NCBI GenBank assembly: GCA_903844855.1
Contig: CAIMVH010000044.1
Span: 575 to 64,574 of the forward strand
Reading direction: 5' to 3'
Length of the DNA stretch: 64,000 bases
From: an uncultured Actinomycetes bacterium
GTDB lineage: Bacteria; Actinomycetota; Actinomycetes; Nanopelagicales; Nanopelagicaceae
Below, piece after piece: positions 27,754 through 38,620 of this stretch (the first letter of the stretch is position 1; every line of letters starts with the position of its first letter). Made by a program: the position numbers and the translations under genes. The notes below the pieces were generated by a model, which saw only the letters and a list, made by a program, of their open reading frames with translations, was not told the origin of the DNA and did no database searches.

Positions 27754-29115
27754 TCACATACTTGAAATAAGTCGCTCTACGCGTTCATCAACTGCAAGGA
27801 ATGGATCCTTGCAGAGAACGGTTCTCTGGGCTTGATCGTTAAGTTTCAGATGTACCCAATCAACGGTGAAGTCACGCTTCTTCACTTGAGCAGCTGCGAT
27901 GAAATCCCCGCGTAACTTGGCCCTTGTGGTTTGTGGCGGTGTAGTTCTGGCAAGCTCGATCTCATCATCTTGAAGTATGCGCCGGGCGAGACCCTTCTTT
28001 TCTAAGAGATAGAAGAGGCCACGATTGCGGTTGATGTCGTGGTAGGCCAAATCAAGTTGTGCAAGCTTTGGAGAGTTCCAGTCAAGTGAATCTCGCTCCA
28101 TATATCGTTCCATGAGGCGCTTTTTGATGACCCAGTCGATCTCAGTGTCAATCTCCGCAAGACGATTGGACCGAATCGCATCAATGGTGCGACCCCAAAG
28201 GTCCATGACCAACGCAGTATTTGGATCTGATACCTCATGTCGTTCAACAAAAATTTGAGCCTTAGAGAAATACTCCTCTTGCATGTCGAGTGCCGAGATT
28301 TCACGGCCGATCGCCAGCTTTACGACATTATTCCCCGTGGTATCAGCACTCATTTCGCGAATGGCCCGAATGGGATTTTCTAACGTCATATCCCGAAAAA
28401 CCACCCCCGATTCAATCATTTGCAACACGAGATCTGCGCTGCCTACCTTGAGAATGTTTGTCGTCTCTGACATATTCGAATCACCAACAATTACGTGCAA
28501 ACGTCGATACAAATCAGCATCTGCGTGAGGTTCATCCCGAGTGTTAATGATGGGCCGTGATCGCGTGGTTGCTGAGGAGAGTCCTTCCCAAATATGCTCC
28601 GCGCGCTGGCTCACGCAGTAGGAACTGCCACGAGGGCTTGACAACACTTTTCCGGCTCCAGAGATGATCTGTCGGCTAATAAGAAAAGGGATAAAAACAT
28701 CCGCTAGCGCACTGAACTCACCAGATCTCCCAATCAAATAGTTCTCGTGGCATCCGTAACTATTTCCTTCCGAGTCAGTGTTGTTCTTAAATAGGTAGAC
28801 TTGACCGTCAATGCCTTCATCTTGGATTCGCTGCTGTGCCTCCACGGCAAGATCTTCAAGAATCCGTTCACCAGCGCGATCATGGATGACCAAATCTCGG
28901 ATGTCGTCACACTCGGGTGTTGCATACTCCGGGTGGCTACCGACATCTAGATAGAGGCGAGCCCCGTTAGTAAGAAATACATTCGAGGATCTCCCCCACG
29001 AGACGACTTTTCTAAACAGGTGTCGAGCCACTTCGTCGGGGCTAAGTTTTTGCTCCCCGACGATTCGGCAGGTGACACCGTATTCGTTCTCCAGCCCAAA
29101 AATACGACGCTTCAT
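27754..29115 (-). CDS. pafA: Pup-protein ligase PafA
   Basis: [10 protein letters not shown]-terminus, full-length similarity to the PafA/Dop family, 453 aa without the Dop-specific insertion. Confidence 0.9.
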   Translation of the reverse strand: MKRRIFGLENEYGVTCRIVGEQKLSPDEVARHLFRKVVSWGRSSNVFLTNGARLYLDVGSHPEYATPECDDIRDLVIHDRAGERILEDLAVEAQQRIQDEGIDGQVYLFKNNTDSEGNSYGCHENYLIGRSGEFSALADVFIPFLISRQIISGAGKVLSSPRGSSYCVSQRAEHIWEGLSSATTRSRPIINTRDEPHADADLYRRLHVIVGDSNMSETTNILKVGSADLVLQMIESGVVFRDMTLENPIRAIREMSADTTGNNVVKLAIGREISALDMQEEYFSKAQIFVERHEVSDPNTALVMDLWGRTIDAIRSNRLAEIDTEIDWVIKKRLMERYMERDSLDWNSPKLAQLDLAYHDINRNRGLFYLLEKKGLARRILQDDEIELARTTPPQTTRAKLRGDFIAAAQVKKRDFTVDWVHLKLNDQAQRTVLCKDPFLAVDERVERLISSM

Positions 29116-29117
29116 GT

Positions 29118-29801
29118 TTACTTGGCAAGAAGAGAGTCAAGTGTCGAATTGAAGAGACGATAAAACTTACGACGAGAGACTCGTGCTCGATCCAACACGG
29201 CAACTTCCAACATCTCCCCGGTAATGATGCGATCCCCACCTTCGAGAGATTTAACTGCGAGTGCAAGGCCTTCTTTGAGTGTGAGTCCTGCCCTCCAACC
29301 CTCAACCAATCGCGCTGAAATAGCGTCTGCCGAGCCGCCCATGGCAGCAAAGCCCTGCTCGTCGGCGACCGACCCGTCGTACGTCAGGCGGTAAATTTGA
29401 TCCAAAGAACTCTCGTCGCCCACTTCCGCGACAATTATCTCTACCTCATAAGGCTTTTGTTCGGTGGTGAATACGCTGCCCAGTGTCTGAGCATACGCGT
29501 TTGCAAGTGCCCGTCCGGCAACGTCACGTCGGTCGTATGCATAGCCACGAAGGTCGGCAAGTCGAATTCCGGCCACCCTCAGCAATTCAAACTCGTTGTA
29601 CTTTCCGACCGCTGCAAATCCAATTCGATCGTAGATTTCACTCACCTTGTGAAGGGCACGGGAGGGATTCTCGGCAACAAAGAGAATGCCACAATCTACT
29701 TGCATCACGATTACCGATCGCCCACGAGCAATTCCCTTACGCGCATAATCAGCGCGATCTTTCATTACTTGCTCAGGCCCTACGTAATATGGAGTTGTCA
29801 T
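29118..29801 (-). CDS. prcA: 20S proteasome alpha subunit
   Basis: The [26 protein letters not shown]-terminus is typical of PrcA. It lies adjacent to prcB. Confidence 0.9.
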   Translation of the reverse strand: MTTPYYVGPEQVMKDRADYARKGIARGRSVIVMQVDCGILFVAENPSRALHKVSEIYDRIGFAAVGKYNEFELLRVAGIRLADLRGYAYDRRDVAGRALANAYAQTLGSVFTTEQKPYEVEIIVAEVGDESSLDQIYRLTYDGSVADEQGFAAMGGSADAISARLVEGWRAGLTLKEGLALAVKSLEGGDRIITGEMLEVAVLDRARVSRRKFYRLFNSTLDSLLAK

Positions 29802-30601
29802 ACCAAATCAGCCTTGGGCCCATCGGGGCGAAGCGTTCGAGAATCCACGAGTTGTCGGGAGAGGCGCGCTACCTCTTCATCGCTTACTTTTGCAGCGCCT
29901 TCTCGGCTCACCGTGATGATGAGCGGGTAGATATTTCGTGCCAGATCAGGTCCCCCGGTTGCACTGTCGTCGTCCGCAGCGTCATAGAGAGCCGCAAGTG
30001 AAGCAAGTATTGACTCTTCCCTAGTGAAAGTCTCCTGATAAATCTTCTTCAACGCACCACGCGCAAAAATTGAACCGGATCCAACAGCATGAAAGGACGA
30101 CTCTTCGTACCGACCACCGGTGACGTCATAAGAAAAAATACGTCCGATATTCGAATCTGGATCGAAACCAACAAGAAGAGGCACAACCGCTAGCCCTTGC
30201 ATGGCGAGCGGCAGGTTTCCGCGAATGAGGGAGGCGAGGCGATTGGCCTTTCCATCGAGGCTCAAAGGCGAACCTTCAATCTTTTCGTAGTGCTCGAGTT
30301 CGACCTGGAAAAGCTTCACTAGTTCAACCGCAAGACCGGCTGTTCCTGCAATACCGACTACTGAATATTCGTCAGCTACAAATACTTTCTCTATGTCGCG
30401 AGAGGCGATCAGATTTCCCATGGTCGCCCGACGATCACCCGCCATCAGCACTCCCCCTTGATAAGAGAGTGCCACAATCGTGGTGCCATGTGGCGCTTCG
30501 ATCGAGTGCGGCCGCGGCAAGAGGTCTGGTGAAATCTTGTGTACGAAATCAGCGAATGACGTACCCACGGATTCGAAGAAACGCGCATCGAGTCCGTTCA
30601 C
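29798..30601 (-). CDS. prcB: 20S proteasome beta subunit (with propeptide)
   Basis: The propeptide is followed by the catalytic Thr in HG/TTIVAL. A start/stop overlap couples it to prcA. Confidence 0.9.
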   Translation of the reverse strand: MNGLDARFFESVGTSFADFVHKISPDLLPRPHSIEAPHGTTIVALSYQGGVLMAGDRRATMGNLIASRDIEKVFVADEYSVVGIAGTAGLAVELVKLFQVELEHYEKIEGSPLSLDGKANRLASLIRGNLPLAMQGLAVVPLLVGFDPDSNIGRIFSYDVTGGRYEESSFHAVGSGSIFARGALKKIYQETFTREESILASLAALYDAADDDSATGGPDLARNIYPLIITVSREGAAKVSDEEVARLSRQLVDSRTLRPDGPKADLV

Positions 30602-30792
30602 TACTCACCACCCTTTTGCACAAAAGCTGCCACGAAAGCAGCAGCATTGTGCTCTAACGTGGCATCGATTTCTTCTAGGATGCTGTCGATGTCTGAGAGA
30701 GATGCAGATGCCTGAACGGTCGGCATCGACTCATCTACCTGGTGCTCATCTCGCGCTCTCGAACTCTCGCGCTTCGGTTCTTGAACGGCCAT
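30601..30792 (-). CDS. pup: Prokaryotic ubiquitin-like protein Pup (C-terminal GGE)
   Basis: 63 aa, acidic and disordered, with the motif [10 protein letters not shown] and the terminus FVQKGGE. Confidence 0.9.
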   Translation of the reverse strand: MAVQEPKRESSRARDEHQVDESMPTVQASASLSDIDSILEEIDATLEHNAAAFVAAFVQKGGE

Positions 30793-30801
30793 GGGTACAT
30801 C

Positions 30802-32337
30802 CTATGGGAGATTGGATTTGAGACGCTCGAGTAACTCTCGAACGCTTCGGCTGCTCTCCAAGATCTCCCCCACTTCGCCGCGTGTTCCCCGATAGGGATC
30901 GGTAAGGGGCACCCGCACGAGGGGGGCATCGATTTCTTCCTCTAGAAGCAAAGAGTCCCAGGAGGCGGCAACGACGTTCTCTGGAAAACGCTCCACTACA
31001 CGCCCACGCAGATATGCACGCGTATCGTGCGGCGGGTTTCCAACCGCGTCAAGCACCTCAGATTCCGAAACCAAGGTCTCGTGGAGCCCGCGGGTCTCTA
31101 ATTTCGAGAAGATGCTCTTCTCTTTGCGGATATCACTCCACTGGAGGTCGATCAGTGAAAGCCGGGGATGTCCCCAATCGATTCCATCTCGGTCGCGATA
31201 GGAGTTCAATAGAGCAAGTTTGGCCTTCCACTCAACTGTCTGTGTCAAGTGAGCATCTTGCGATCGAAGACCATCAAGTGTTCTTCTCCATCTTTCAAGT
31301 AAATCTGACGTGGCATCATCTAGTAGTCCATCTAAAGCAACCAGAATTTCCGCTGCCTCAAGAAAGTACTCTTGTACGTCGATCGCGCTCATTCGACGGC
31401 CGTCCTGCATTTCGTAAAGCGTGCTCATAGCAAGGTCATGGCTTACCTCGTGAGTGGCCACCACCGGATGCCTAAAGATCGGGACATTTGTAAGGGTGCC
31501 CGACTCGATCAACGCCAGTACCAAGCTTGCACTTCCCACTTTCAAATAAGTCGAGGGTTGAGAGAGATTCGCGTCTCCAATAATCACGTGCAAACGTCGA
31601 AACCGAGCGGCATCGGCATGTGGTTCATCTCTCGTATTGATAATGGGGCGTCTTAGGGTTGTTTCAAGACCCACCTCAGCTTCGAAGAAGTCGGCGCGCT
31701 GACTGATCTGGAAACCTGCGATCGCTCCAGACTGCCCAATGCCCACGCGACCAGCACCCACCATGATTTGCCGAGTGATAAAGAACGGCGTCAATGCCGT
31801 CACTAATTGCGCGAAGGGAACGCCACGAGAGACTATGTAATTTTCGTGTGTCCCGTAGGAGGCTCCTTTGTTGTCAGTGTTGTTCTTGTAGATATTAATT
31901 GGTAGCGGGTCAAACTGTTCAACAGCAGCCGAAATACTACGACGCAAAATCTCATCACCAGCAAGATCCCATTTGACTACATCTCGAGGATTAGTGCACT
32001 CCGGGCCGGAGTACTCAGGGTGCGCATGATCAACGTAGTAGCGCGCACCATTGCCTAAAATTACGTTGGCGAAACCCATATCCATATCTGTCAGCTGACT
32101 GGGATCGGCAATCTCTCTATCTAGATCGTAGCCTCGAGCGTCACGTAATGGTGATTCGTCTTCATAATCCCATCGGGTGCGACGCCTGCTCGCGGCGGTG
32201 GTATTTGCATATGCGTTAACAATCTGGCTTGACAAAAGCATGGGATTTTCGTTCAGAGATCCGGGCTGTGCAATGCCGTACTCCGTTTCGATTCCCATGA
32301 TGCGGTGCACCGCACCGGGCAAACCGTCGTGAGCCAT
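30802..32337 (-). CDS. dop: Depupylase/deamidase Dop
   Basis: IMGIETEYG N-terminus. It is a PafA paralogue with a longer insertion (511 aa) and sits between mpa and pup. Confidence 0.9.
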   Translation of the reverse strand: MAHDGLPGAVHRIMGIETEYGIAQPGSLNENPMLLSSQIVNAYANTTAASRRRTRWDYEDESPLRDARGYDLDREIADPSQLTDMDMGFANVILGNGARYYVDHAHPEYSGPECTNPRDVVKWDLAGDEILRRSISAAVEQFDPLPINIYKNNTDNKGASYGTHENYIVSRGVPFAQLVTALTPFFITRQIMVGAGRVGIGQSGAIAGFQISQRADFFEAEVGLETTLRRPIINTRDEPHADAARFRRLHVIIGDANLSQPSTYLKVGSASLVLALIESGTLTNVPIFRHPVVATHEVSHDLAMSTLYEMQDGRRMSAIDVQEYFLEAAEILVALDGLLDDATSDLLERWRRTLDGLRSQDAHLTQTVEWKAKLALLNSYRDRDGIDWGHPRLSLIDLQWSDIRKEKSIFSKLETRGLHETLVSESEVLDAVGNPPHDTRAYLRGRVVERFPENVVAASWDSLLLEEEIDAPLVRVPLTDPYRGTRGEVGEILESSRSVRELLERLKSNLP

Positions 32338-34083
32338 CTACAGGTATTGACCTGTATTGGAGAGGGCATCTATAGATCTCCCCGGTCCGGTTCCTGACTT
32401 CCCGGTGATGAGAGTGCGAATGTAGACGATCCGTTCGCCCTTTTTCCCAGAGATTCGCGCCCAATCGTCTGGGTTCGTGGTGTTGGGTAGGTCCTCATTC
32501 TCCTTGAACTCGTCCACACATGCTGCCAGCAGATGGCTTACACGTATTCCGTACGAACCGTGGTCGAGTTGGTCTTTGATGGCCATCTTCTTAGCTCTAC
32601 CGACAATATTTTCAATCATGGCGCCTGAGTTGAAGTCCTTAAAATAGAGCACTTCTTTATCACCATTTGCATAGGTAACTTCCAGGAATCGATTCTCATC
32701 GTCTTCTGAGTACATACGTGCGACCGTCGATTGGATCATGGCAGTCACGGTCTTCGCACGATCTGAACCATTCTCAGAAAGGTCATCAGCGTTCAAGGGG
32801 ATTTCTGTCGTGATGTACTTACCAAAAATCTCAGTAGCGCCCTGCGCGTCAGGTCGCTCAATTTTGATTTTCACATCGAGACGTCCCGGACGCAGAATGG
32901 CTGGATCGATCATATCTTCACGATTGCTCGCTCCAATTACGATCACGTTTTGCAGACTTTCTACACCGTCAATCTCAGCGAGCAACTGTGGGACGATAGT
33001 GTTTTCCACATCTGAACTTACGCCGCTACCTCGTGTTCTAAAGAGGGAATCCATCTCGTCAAAGAAAACAATAACTGGAGTCCCTTCACTTGCCTTTTCG
33101 CGTGCACGTTGGAAGACCAAGCGAATGTGGCGCTCAGTCTCACCTACATATTTATTGAGAAGTTCGGGCCCCTTGATGTTGAGGAAGTAGGAACGACCCT
33201 CCGGCTTGCCGGTAATTTCGGCAACTTTCTTTGCTAGCGAGTTTGCAACGGCTTTCGCGATGAGGGTCTTTCCACACCCTGGTGGGCCATAAAGCAAGAT
33301 TCCCTTAGGGGGGCGTAATTGATACTCACGAAAGAGCTCTGCATGAAGATAAGGCAACTCGACTGCATCTCGAATCATCTCAATTTGCCGGCCAAGTCCG
33401 CCAATATCCTCGTAGTCAATATCCGGAACTTCCTCAAGAACAAGTTCTTCAACTTCGGCGCGCGGGATTTTCTCGAAGACAAATCCCGATCTAGATTCCA
33501 TGAGCAGCGCATCGCCCGGGCGCAGAGACACCCCATCGAGGGAACGAGCTATTCGAACCACACGGTCTTCATCTGAGCGGGCAGTAACCAGCGCTCGGTG
33601 ATCCGAAAGCAATTCTTTGAGCGTTACTAACTCCCCGGTCTCTTCGAAACCGAAGGCAGCAATAACAGAGAGCGACTCGTTCAGCATGACTTCTTGTCCG
33701 ACACGAAGTCCGCTTCTATCTACTTCAGGAGAGACTTGCACCCGCATCTTCCGACCATTTGTGAAGATGTCTAGAAAATCTTCGCCATCTGGAATGCTAT
33801 GCACGACTCCAAAGCCAGCCGGTGGTTGCGCTAGGCGCTCGAGGTCGGCTTTCAAGTTGAGGATGTGCTCTCGCGCCTCTTTGAGAGTGCCCGCTAATTT
33901 CTCGTTAGAGCCCTGCACCGTGGCAAGATCCTTGGATAAGAGGTCTATTCGCCTTTGCAGGTCTGAGGCGCTCTCGCCGGGCTTACCTGAGACTTCACGA
34001 CGCAAGCGATCAACCTCCCGCTGGAGGGCGGCGATCGTGTCGGGGGTTTCTTGGCCTTCGCTCATGCTCTGACGATACTGCAA
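32338..34083 (-). CDS. mpa: Proteasome-associated AAA ATPase Mpa/ARC
   Basis: N-terminal coiled coil, Walker A GPPGCGKT, Walker B IVFFDEMD, and the C-terminal proteasome-docking motif GQYL. Confidence 0.9.
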   Translation of the reverse strand: MQYRQSMSEGQETPDTIAALQREVDRLRREVSGKPGESASDLQRRIDLLSKDLATVQGSNEKLAGTLKEAREHILNLKADLERLAQPPAGFGVVHSIPDGEDFLDIFTNGRKMRVQVSPEVDRSGLRVGQEVMLNESLSVIAAFGFEETGELVTLKELLSDHRALVTARSDEDRVVRIARSLDGVSLRPGDALLMESRSGFVFEKIPRAEVEELVLEEVPDIDYEDIGGLGRQIEMIRDAVELPYLHAELFREYQLRPPKGILLYGPPGCGKTLIAKAVANSLAKKVAEITGKPEGRSYFLNIKGPELLNKYVGETERHIRLVFQRAREKASEGTPVIVFFDEMDSLFRTRGSGVSSDVENTIVPQLLAEIDGVESLQNVIVIGASNREDMIDPAILRPGRLDVKIKIERPDAQGATEIFGKYITTEIPLNADDLSENGSDRAKTVTAMIQSTVARMYSEDDENRFLEVTYANGDKEVLYFKDFNSGAMIENIVGRAKKMAIKDQLDHGSYGIRVSHLLAACVDEFKENEDLPNTTNPDDWARISGKKGERIVYIRTLITGKSGTGPGRSIDALSNTGQYL

Positions 34084-34098
34084 CTCGCTTTTCCCGGC

Positions 34099-34995
34099 CT
34101 ACGATTCTTCGACAGAGACCCCATAAGCGCCCTTAGAGGGGCGGCGGCGGCGCATGGGCGGCTCAACCCCGTCGGCCAATCTGCGCGAAGTGAGCAGGAA
34201 ACCAGTATGCCCGATCATCCGATGTTCAGGTCTGACAGCGAGTCCTTCCAGGTGCCAATCTCTTACCATCGACTCCCACGCGTGTGGCTCGGTGAAGTTG
34301 CCATGGCTTCTAATGGCCTCACCCACTTTTGAGAGTTGAGTCGTGGTCGCGACGTAACAAATTAACACTCCGCCTGGGCGCAGAACGCGAGCAGCGATAT
34401 CGATATTCTCCCAAGGAGCCAACATGTCGTAAATGACACGGTCGACATCGCGTACTCGTTCGTCTAACGATGCCACTTCGTCTATTGCTCCCACCTGCAG
34501 GTGCCAATTGGATTGCGCATACCCGAAGAACTGTTCGACGTTTTTTGCAGCAACCTCCGCAAACTCAGATCGTTTTTCGAACGAGAATACTTCACCGCTA
34601 CTTCCGACTGCTCGTAAGAGTGCAATGGAAAGTGCGCCAGAACCTGCACCAGCCTCGACAACTCGAGCCCCAGGGAAGATGTCTCCGAGGGTGACGATGT
34701 GCGCCGCATCCTTGGGATAGACAATCGTGGCGCCGCGGGGCATCGAGAGCACGAAATCTGGATAGAGCGGGCGCAGGGCGAGGAAGACCGTCCCTCCCGT
34801 CGTGGTGACCAGTGAACCCTCCGGCAAGTCGATGAATTGAGCATGTTCAATCCAGCCACGATGAGTGTGAAAGGAGCCACCTTCGGCGAGATTGATCGTG
34901 TGCAATTTGCCTTTAGGATCGGTGAGTTGAACTCGATCACCATATTGGAAGGCTCCCCTGCGGCTGGCCGGAATTCCATTCTCCGAAGTCGTCAT
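34099..34995 (-). CDS. trmI: tRNA (adenine58-N1)-methyltransferase TrmI
   Basis: SAM motif VVEAGAGSGALS and the N-terminal GCD14-type domain. Synteny matches Rv2118c. Confidence 0.8.
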   Translation of the reverse strand: MTTSENGIPASRRGAFQYGDRVQLTDPKGKLHTINLAEGGSFHTHRGWIEHAQFIDLPEGSLVTTTGGTVFLALRPLYPDFVLSMPRGATIVYPKDAAHIVTLGDIFPGARVVEAGAGSGALSIALLRAVGSSGEVFSFEKRSEFAEVAAKNVEQFFGYAQSNWHLQVGAIDEVASLDERVRDVDRVIYDMLAPWENIDIAARVLRPGGVLICYVATTTQLSKVGEAIRSHGNFTEPHAWESMVRDWHLEGLAVRPEHRMIGHTGFLLTSRRLADGVEPPMRRRRPSKGAYGVSVEES

Positions 34996-35027
34996 GGCAT
35001 TACCTTACCGGGCGCTACTCTGTCGTC

Positions 35028-35816
35028 ATGGTCTCGATGGTGAAGCTCTCCCCTTCCAGGGCAAATGACTTCCAAAATTGCCCCTTGCTCTTTCGGTTTC
35101 GCACAATTGACCAACTTCCAGAGCCGCTCTCCATCGATGCGGTACGAGGAACGATTGTGCACACCACTCTCGAACACCTCTATGACCTACCGGCTATCGA
35201 GCGCCAGTTGCCGCAAGCTTATGAACTCTGGCGAGAAGCTTTTACCGAAATATCTCAGGACGAAAAGTACCGAGAACTCTTCGACGCTATCGAAGACATT
35301 TCCGTGTGGAGTAATGAGAGCCTCTTCCTATTGGATAAATATTTTGCGCTCGAGGAGCCAGTGTTATTGGAGCCGTCGGAGCGTGAGTCTCATATTGAGT
35401 TTGACCTTCAGGATGGTTTCAAGATTCACGGATACGTTGACCGAATAGATGTAGCACCCTCTGGCGAAATACGTATTGTTGATTACAAGACCGGAAAGTC
35501 GCCCAGAGAAGGTTACGAGCAGAAAGCATTCTTTCAATTGCGTTTCTACGCACTGATTATTTGGCGGACTCGAAATATCGTTCCACGAAAGTTAAGGCTT
35601 ATATATCTAGGTGACGGACGAATTTTGGAAGATTCCCCCACTGAGAGCGATTTGATAGCAACTGAAAAGAAGATTGTTGCCATTTGGAAAGCTATGGAAG
35701 CAGCTTTTGATTCAAAGAACTTTCCGCCCAAAAAGAGCAAGCTCTGCGATTGGTGCGCTCATCAGAGTCTCTGCCCGGAATTTGGTGGCACTCCGCCCCC
35801 TCTTCCACTGCCGTGA
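35028..35816 (+). CDS. RecB-family PD-(D/E)XK exonuclease with a Cas4/AddB-like four-Cys cluster (Rv2119-like)
   Basis: N-terminal Cys in FQNCPL, the nuclease core GYVDRID...IVDYKTGK, and C-terminal C-x2-C-x5-C (CDWCAHQSLC). Confidence 0.7.
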   Translation: MVSMVKLSPSRANDFQNCPLLFRFRTIDQLPEPLSIDAVRGTIVHTTLEHLYDLPAIERQLPQAYELWREAFTEISQDEKYRELFDAIEDISVWSNESLFLLDKYFALEEPVLLEPSERESHIEFDLQDGFKIHGYVDRIDVAPSGEIRIVDYKTGKSPREGYEQKAFFQLRFYALIIWRTRNIVPRKLRLIYLGDGRILEDSPTESDLIATEKKIVAIWKAMEAAFDSKNFPPKKSKLCDWCAHQSLCPEFGGTPPPLPLP

Positions 35817-35827
35817 TCAACGAAATT

Positions 35828-36502
35828 TTATTTGAGTGCATCCCGGATTTCTAAGAGTGAGCGCGCAAATTTCAATCCAATAAGCGGGGCAACGGGCACC
35901 AAGTGCGGGAGTGCATAGACAATTGCTCCGCTGGCCAGGGCTCCGATCACTCCGTTGGGCGAATCCTCCAGAATAATCGTCTCTTTGATATCTACACCTA
36001 GCCGGCTAGCCGCTTCAAGATAAGGATCTGGGTGTGGCTTAGTGCGCGGTAAGTCCGTCCCGGCAATCGTGGTGGTAAACGATGTGATCCCCGTCGAGCG
36101 CACGACGGCGTCTACCGTGTGGCGGGGGCTCGCTGAAACCAAAGCGTGCGGAATCCCTTCGGAGACGAGCAATGCGAGAAGTTCCCTGCCACCGGGCATG
36201 AGGTCAATTTCGAACTCCGAAATGCGCGCAGCTACGTCGAGGGTTATCACCTCAATCAACCGGTCACGATCATGGCGCACTCCAGTCGCTGCAAAAGAGC
36301 GCTCAACGATGTGATCGCCCACGCGAGTTAAGGGACCGCCCACACACACCTGTTGGTCCTCCCGGGTCCACTCAAACCCTAAATCGCGGGCCACCGCGCT
36401 CTCGGAGAGCCACCACACAGGTTCGGTATCTACTAGGAGTCCGTCCATATCGAAAAGGACGGCCGCAGGCCGGGGAATCTTCATTGCACTGAGCCTAATC
36501 AC
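35828..36502 (-). CDS. HAD-superfamily hydrolase (subfamily IA)
   Basis: Motif I is VLFDMDGLLVDTE and motif IV is LEDSPNG. Confidence 0.7.
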   Translation of the reverse strand: MIRLSAMKIPRPAAVLFDMDGLLVDTEPVWWLSESAVARDLGFEWTREDQQVCVGGPLTRVGDHIVERSFAATGVRHDRDRLIEVITLDVAARISEFEIDLMPGGRELLALLVSEGIPHALVSASPRHTVDAVVRSTGITSFTTTIAGTDLPRTKPHPDPYLEAASRLGVDIKETIILEDSPNGVIGALASGAIVYALPHLVPVAPLIGLKFARSLLEIRDALK

Positions 36503-36536
36503 TCGTTAGCCCTTCGCGCCCAGGTAGGCTCGTGTA

Positions 36537-37382
36537 GTGATGGAAATCATTGCGCTACCGACGCTTCGTAAGCCTGTTCTTATTGCCGCCTTCGAGGGGT
36601 GGAATGATGCGGGCAATGCAGCCACCGCCGCCGTCGAGCATCTCATTGAAGTATGGGAAGCAGAAGAGATTGCGTTTTTTGATCCTGAGGATTATTACGA
36701 TTTTCAAGTCAATCGACCCATCGTCCACGTCACTGAGGAATCCGGACGAGAGATCGAGTGGCCCACCACCACAATTAGCGTGGCCACGCCGGCTCACTTG
36801 GATAGAGATTTTGTGATCGTTCGTGGAATCGAACCGTCTATGCGGTGGCGCACTTTTTGTGAAGAGTTGATTGGCATTATTGATGATCTCGAAGTTGAGT
36901 TGGTCGTGACGTTAGGTGCTCTCATCGCCGAGGTGCCTCATACGAGGCCCATTCACATCATTGGTTCTGGATCAGATTCAGCAACTTCACTCCGATTTGG
37001 GTTACCGCCGAGTCGCTATGAAGGGCCCACAGGCATTGTCGGCGTCCTTCAGAATTCATGTTTAGCCGCTGGTGTAGATGCATTTTCCCTCTGGGCTCAG
37101 GTGCCTCACTATGTCTCCCAGCCCCCTTGTCCTAAGGCGAGTCTGGCATTGGTGAACAGACTCGATGACCTTCTCGGCGTTCGAATTCCTATCGATGATC
37201 TCCAAGAGGAAGCGCTCGCTTGGGAGGTAGGTGTCGATCAACTCTCGCTGGAAGATGCTGATGTTGCGCAATACGTGCAGGGTTTGGAGGAGCAACAAGA
37301 TGCTGCGGACTTGCCCGAGGCTAGTGGCGATGCGATAGCTCGAGAGTTTGAACGTTATTTAAGGCGAAGAGAAGAGCGCTAA
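36537..37382 (+). CDS. PAC2 (proteasome assembly chaperone 2-like) family protein
   Basis: LIAAFEGWNDAGNAAT N-terminus and an acidic C-terminus, which are typical of actinobacterial PAC2/Rv2125 homologues. Confidence 0.7.
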   Translation: MMEIIALPTLRKPVLIAAFEGWNDAGNAATAAVEHLIEVWEAEEIAFFDPEDYYDFQVNRPIVHVTEESGREIEWPTTTISVATPAHLDRDFVIVRGIEPSMRWRTFCEELIGIIDDLEVELVVTLGALIAEVPHTRPIHIIGSGSDSATSLRFGLPPSRYEGPTGIVGVLQNSCLAAGVDAFSLWAQVPHYVSQPPCPKASLALVNRLDDLLGVRIPIDDLQEEALAWEVGVDQLSLEDADVAQYVQGLEEQQDAADLPEASGDAIAREFERYLRRREER

Positions 37383-38602
37383 ATCGCAATTCCTAAGAGC
37401 GTGTCCAAAGCTCTAGACATCAATCCAGGTCCACCCACATCGCCTTCACCGTGCTGCTTCCTGGCCCACTGATCGACTGCATCTAGTGCCCTAGGAGTGT
37501 CTAAGTCATCAGAAAGAGCGCTGCGGATCGCCGCGATCGTTTCGTGTGCTGAAGTTCCACGCGAGTGCGCTAGAGAGCTTTTCCACTCTTGCAGTCTATG
37601 ATCTGCGCGCGCCAGCAAATCAGCGCTCCAATCGCGGTTGCTTCGATAATGACTTTCGATGAGCGCGAGCCGAATGGCATTGGGGTCTACACCTGATTGA
37701 CGCAATGTGGATACAAAGACGAGATTACCTTTGCTCTTACTCATCTTTTCGCCGTCGAGACCAATCATCCCGGCGTGCATAAAATTCTGGGCGTAGCGTT
37801 TACCTGTGAGAGCGAAAGCTTCAGAAGCGCCCATGTCGTGATGTGGAAAGAGTAAATCCGATCCACCGCCCTGAACGTCGATACTCTGCCCAAGGTAATG
37901 AAGTGCAATCGCAGAGCATTCAATGTGCCAACCAGGACGGCCTGCACCTAAGGAACTCTCCCAAAAGGGTTCACCCTCTCGCTTCCCTCTCCAAAGTAGG
38001 CAATCTAGCGGCGCACGTTTGCCCACTCGCTCAGGATCTCCCCCACGTTCACCAAAGATCTTAAGTTGTGCAGATTCAGCGAGGTGGCTTCTCCCGCCGA
38101 ACTCTGGATCGCTTGCAACATTGAAATACACATCTTGATCCACCCAATAGGCAGCCCCCGATGCTAATAATTTCACCACGGCCTCAACTACAAGCGGAAT
38201 ACTTTCAACTGCGCCGATGTATGCCATGGGTGGAATGACCCGCAATGCTGTCATGTCTTCTCTGAAGAGTTGGGTTTCGCTCTCTGCGATGAACTCCCAA
38301 GAGACTCCCCGTTCGGCTGCGCGTACCAAAAGAGGATCGTCGATATCGGTAACGTTCTGTACATAACGAACGGGATAGCCAGCATCAAGCCAGACTCGCT
38401 GAAGCAAATCAAATGCTACGTAAGTTGCCGCATGGCCCATGTGGGTAGCGTCGTATGGGGTTATTCCACAGACATATAGATCGGCACGCTCCATTGATCC
38501 CGTGGGAATGAGGCGTTCAAACTCCGAACTCCACATGTTGATGCCACTTGAATAGGCGCCTTCACCAATCCTCGGGATGAATGGCGTGGGCCAGGAGATC
38601 AC
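37379..38602 (-). CDS. mshC: Cysteine:1D-myo-inosityl 2-amino-2-deoxy-alpha-D-glucopyranoside ligase (mycothiol biosynthesis)
   Basis: Class I aaRS-like motifs: HMGH (HIGH variant) in ITPYDATHMGHA, and KMSKS. About 407 aa with no anticodon-binding extension, as in MshC rather than CysS. Confidence 0.85.
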   Translation of the reverse strand: MISWPTPFIPRIGEGAYSSGINMWSSEFERLIPTGSMERADLYVCGITPYDATHMGHAATYVAFDLLQRVWLDAGYPVRYVQNVTDIDDPLLVRAAERGVSWEFIAESETQLFREDMTALRVIPPMAYIGAVESIPLVVEAVVKLLASGAAYWVDQDVYFNVASDPEFGGRSHLAESAQLKIFGERGGDPERVGKRAPLDCLLWRGKREGEPFWESSLGAGRPGWHIECSAIALHYLGQSIDVQGGGSDLLFPHHDMGASEAFALTGKRYAQNFMHAGMIGLDGEKMSKSKGNLVFVSTLRQSGVDPNAIRLALIESHYRSNRDWSADLLARADHRLQEWKSSLAHSRGTSAHETIAAIRSALSDDLDTPRALDAVDQWARKQHGEGDVGGPGLMSRALDTLLGIAI

Positions 38603-38620
38603 TGCGCGAGCCTACTACTT

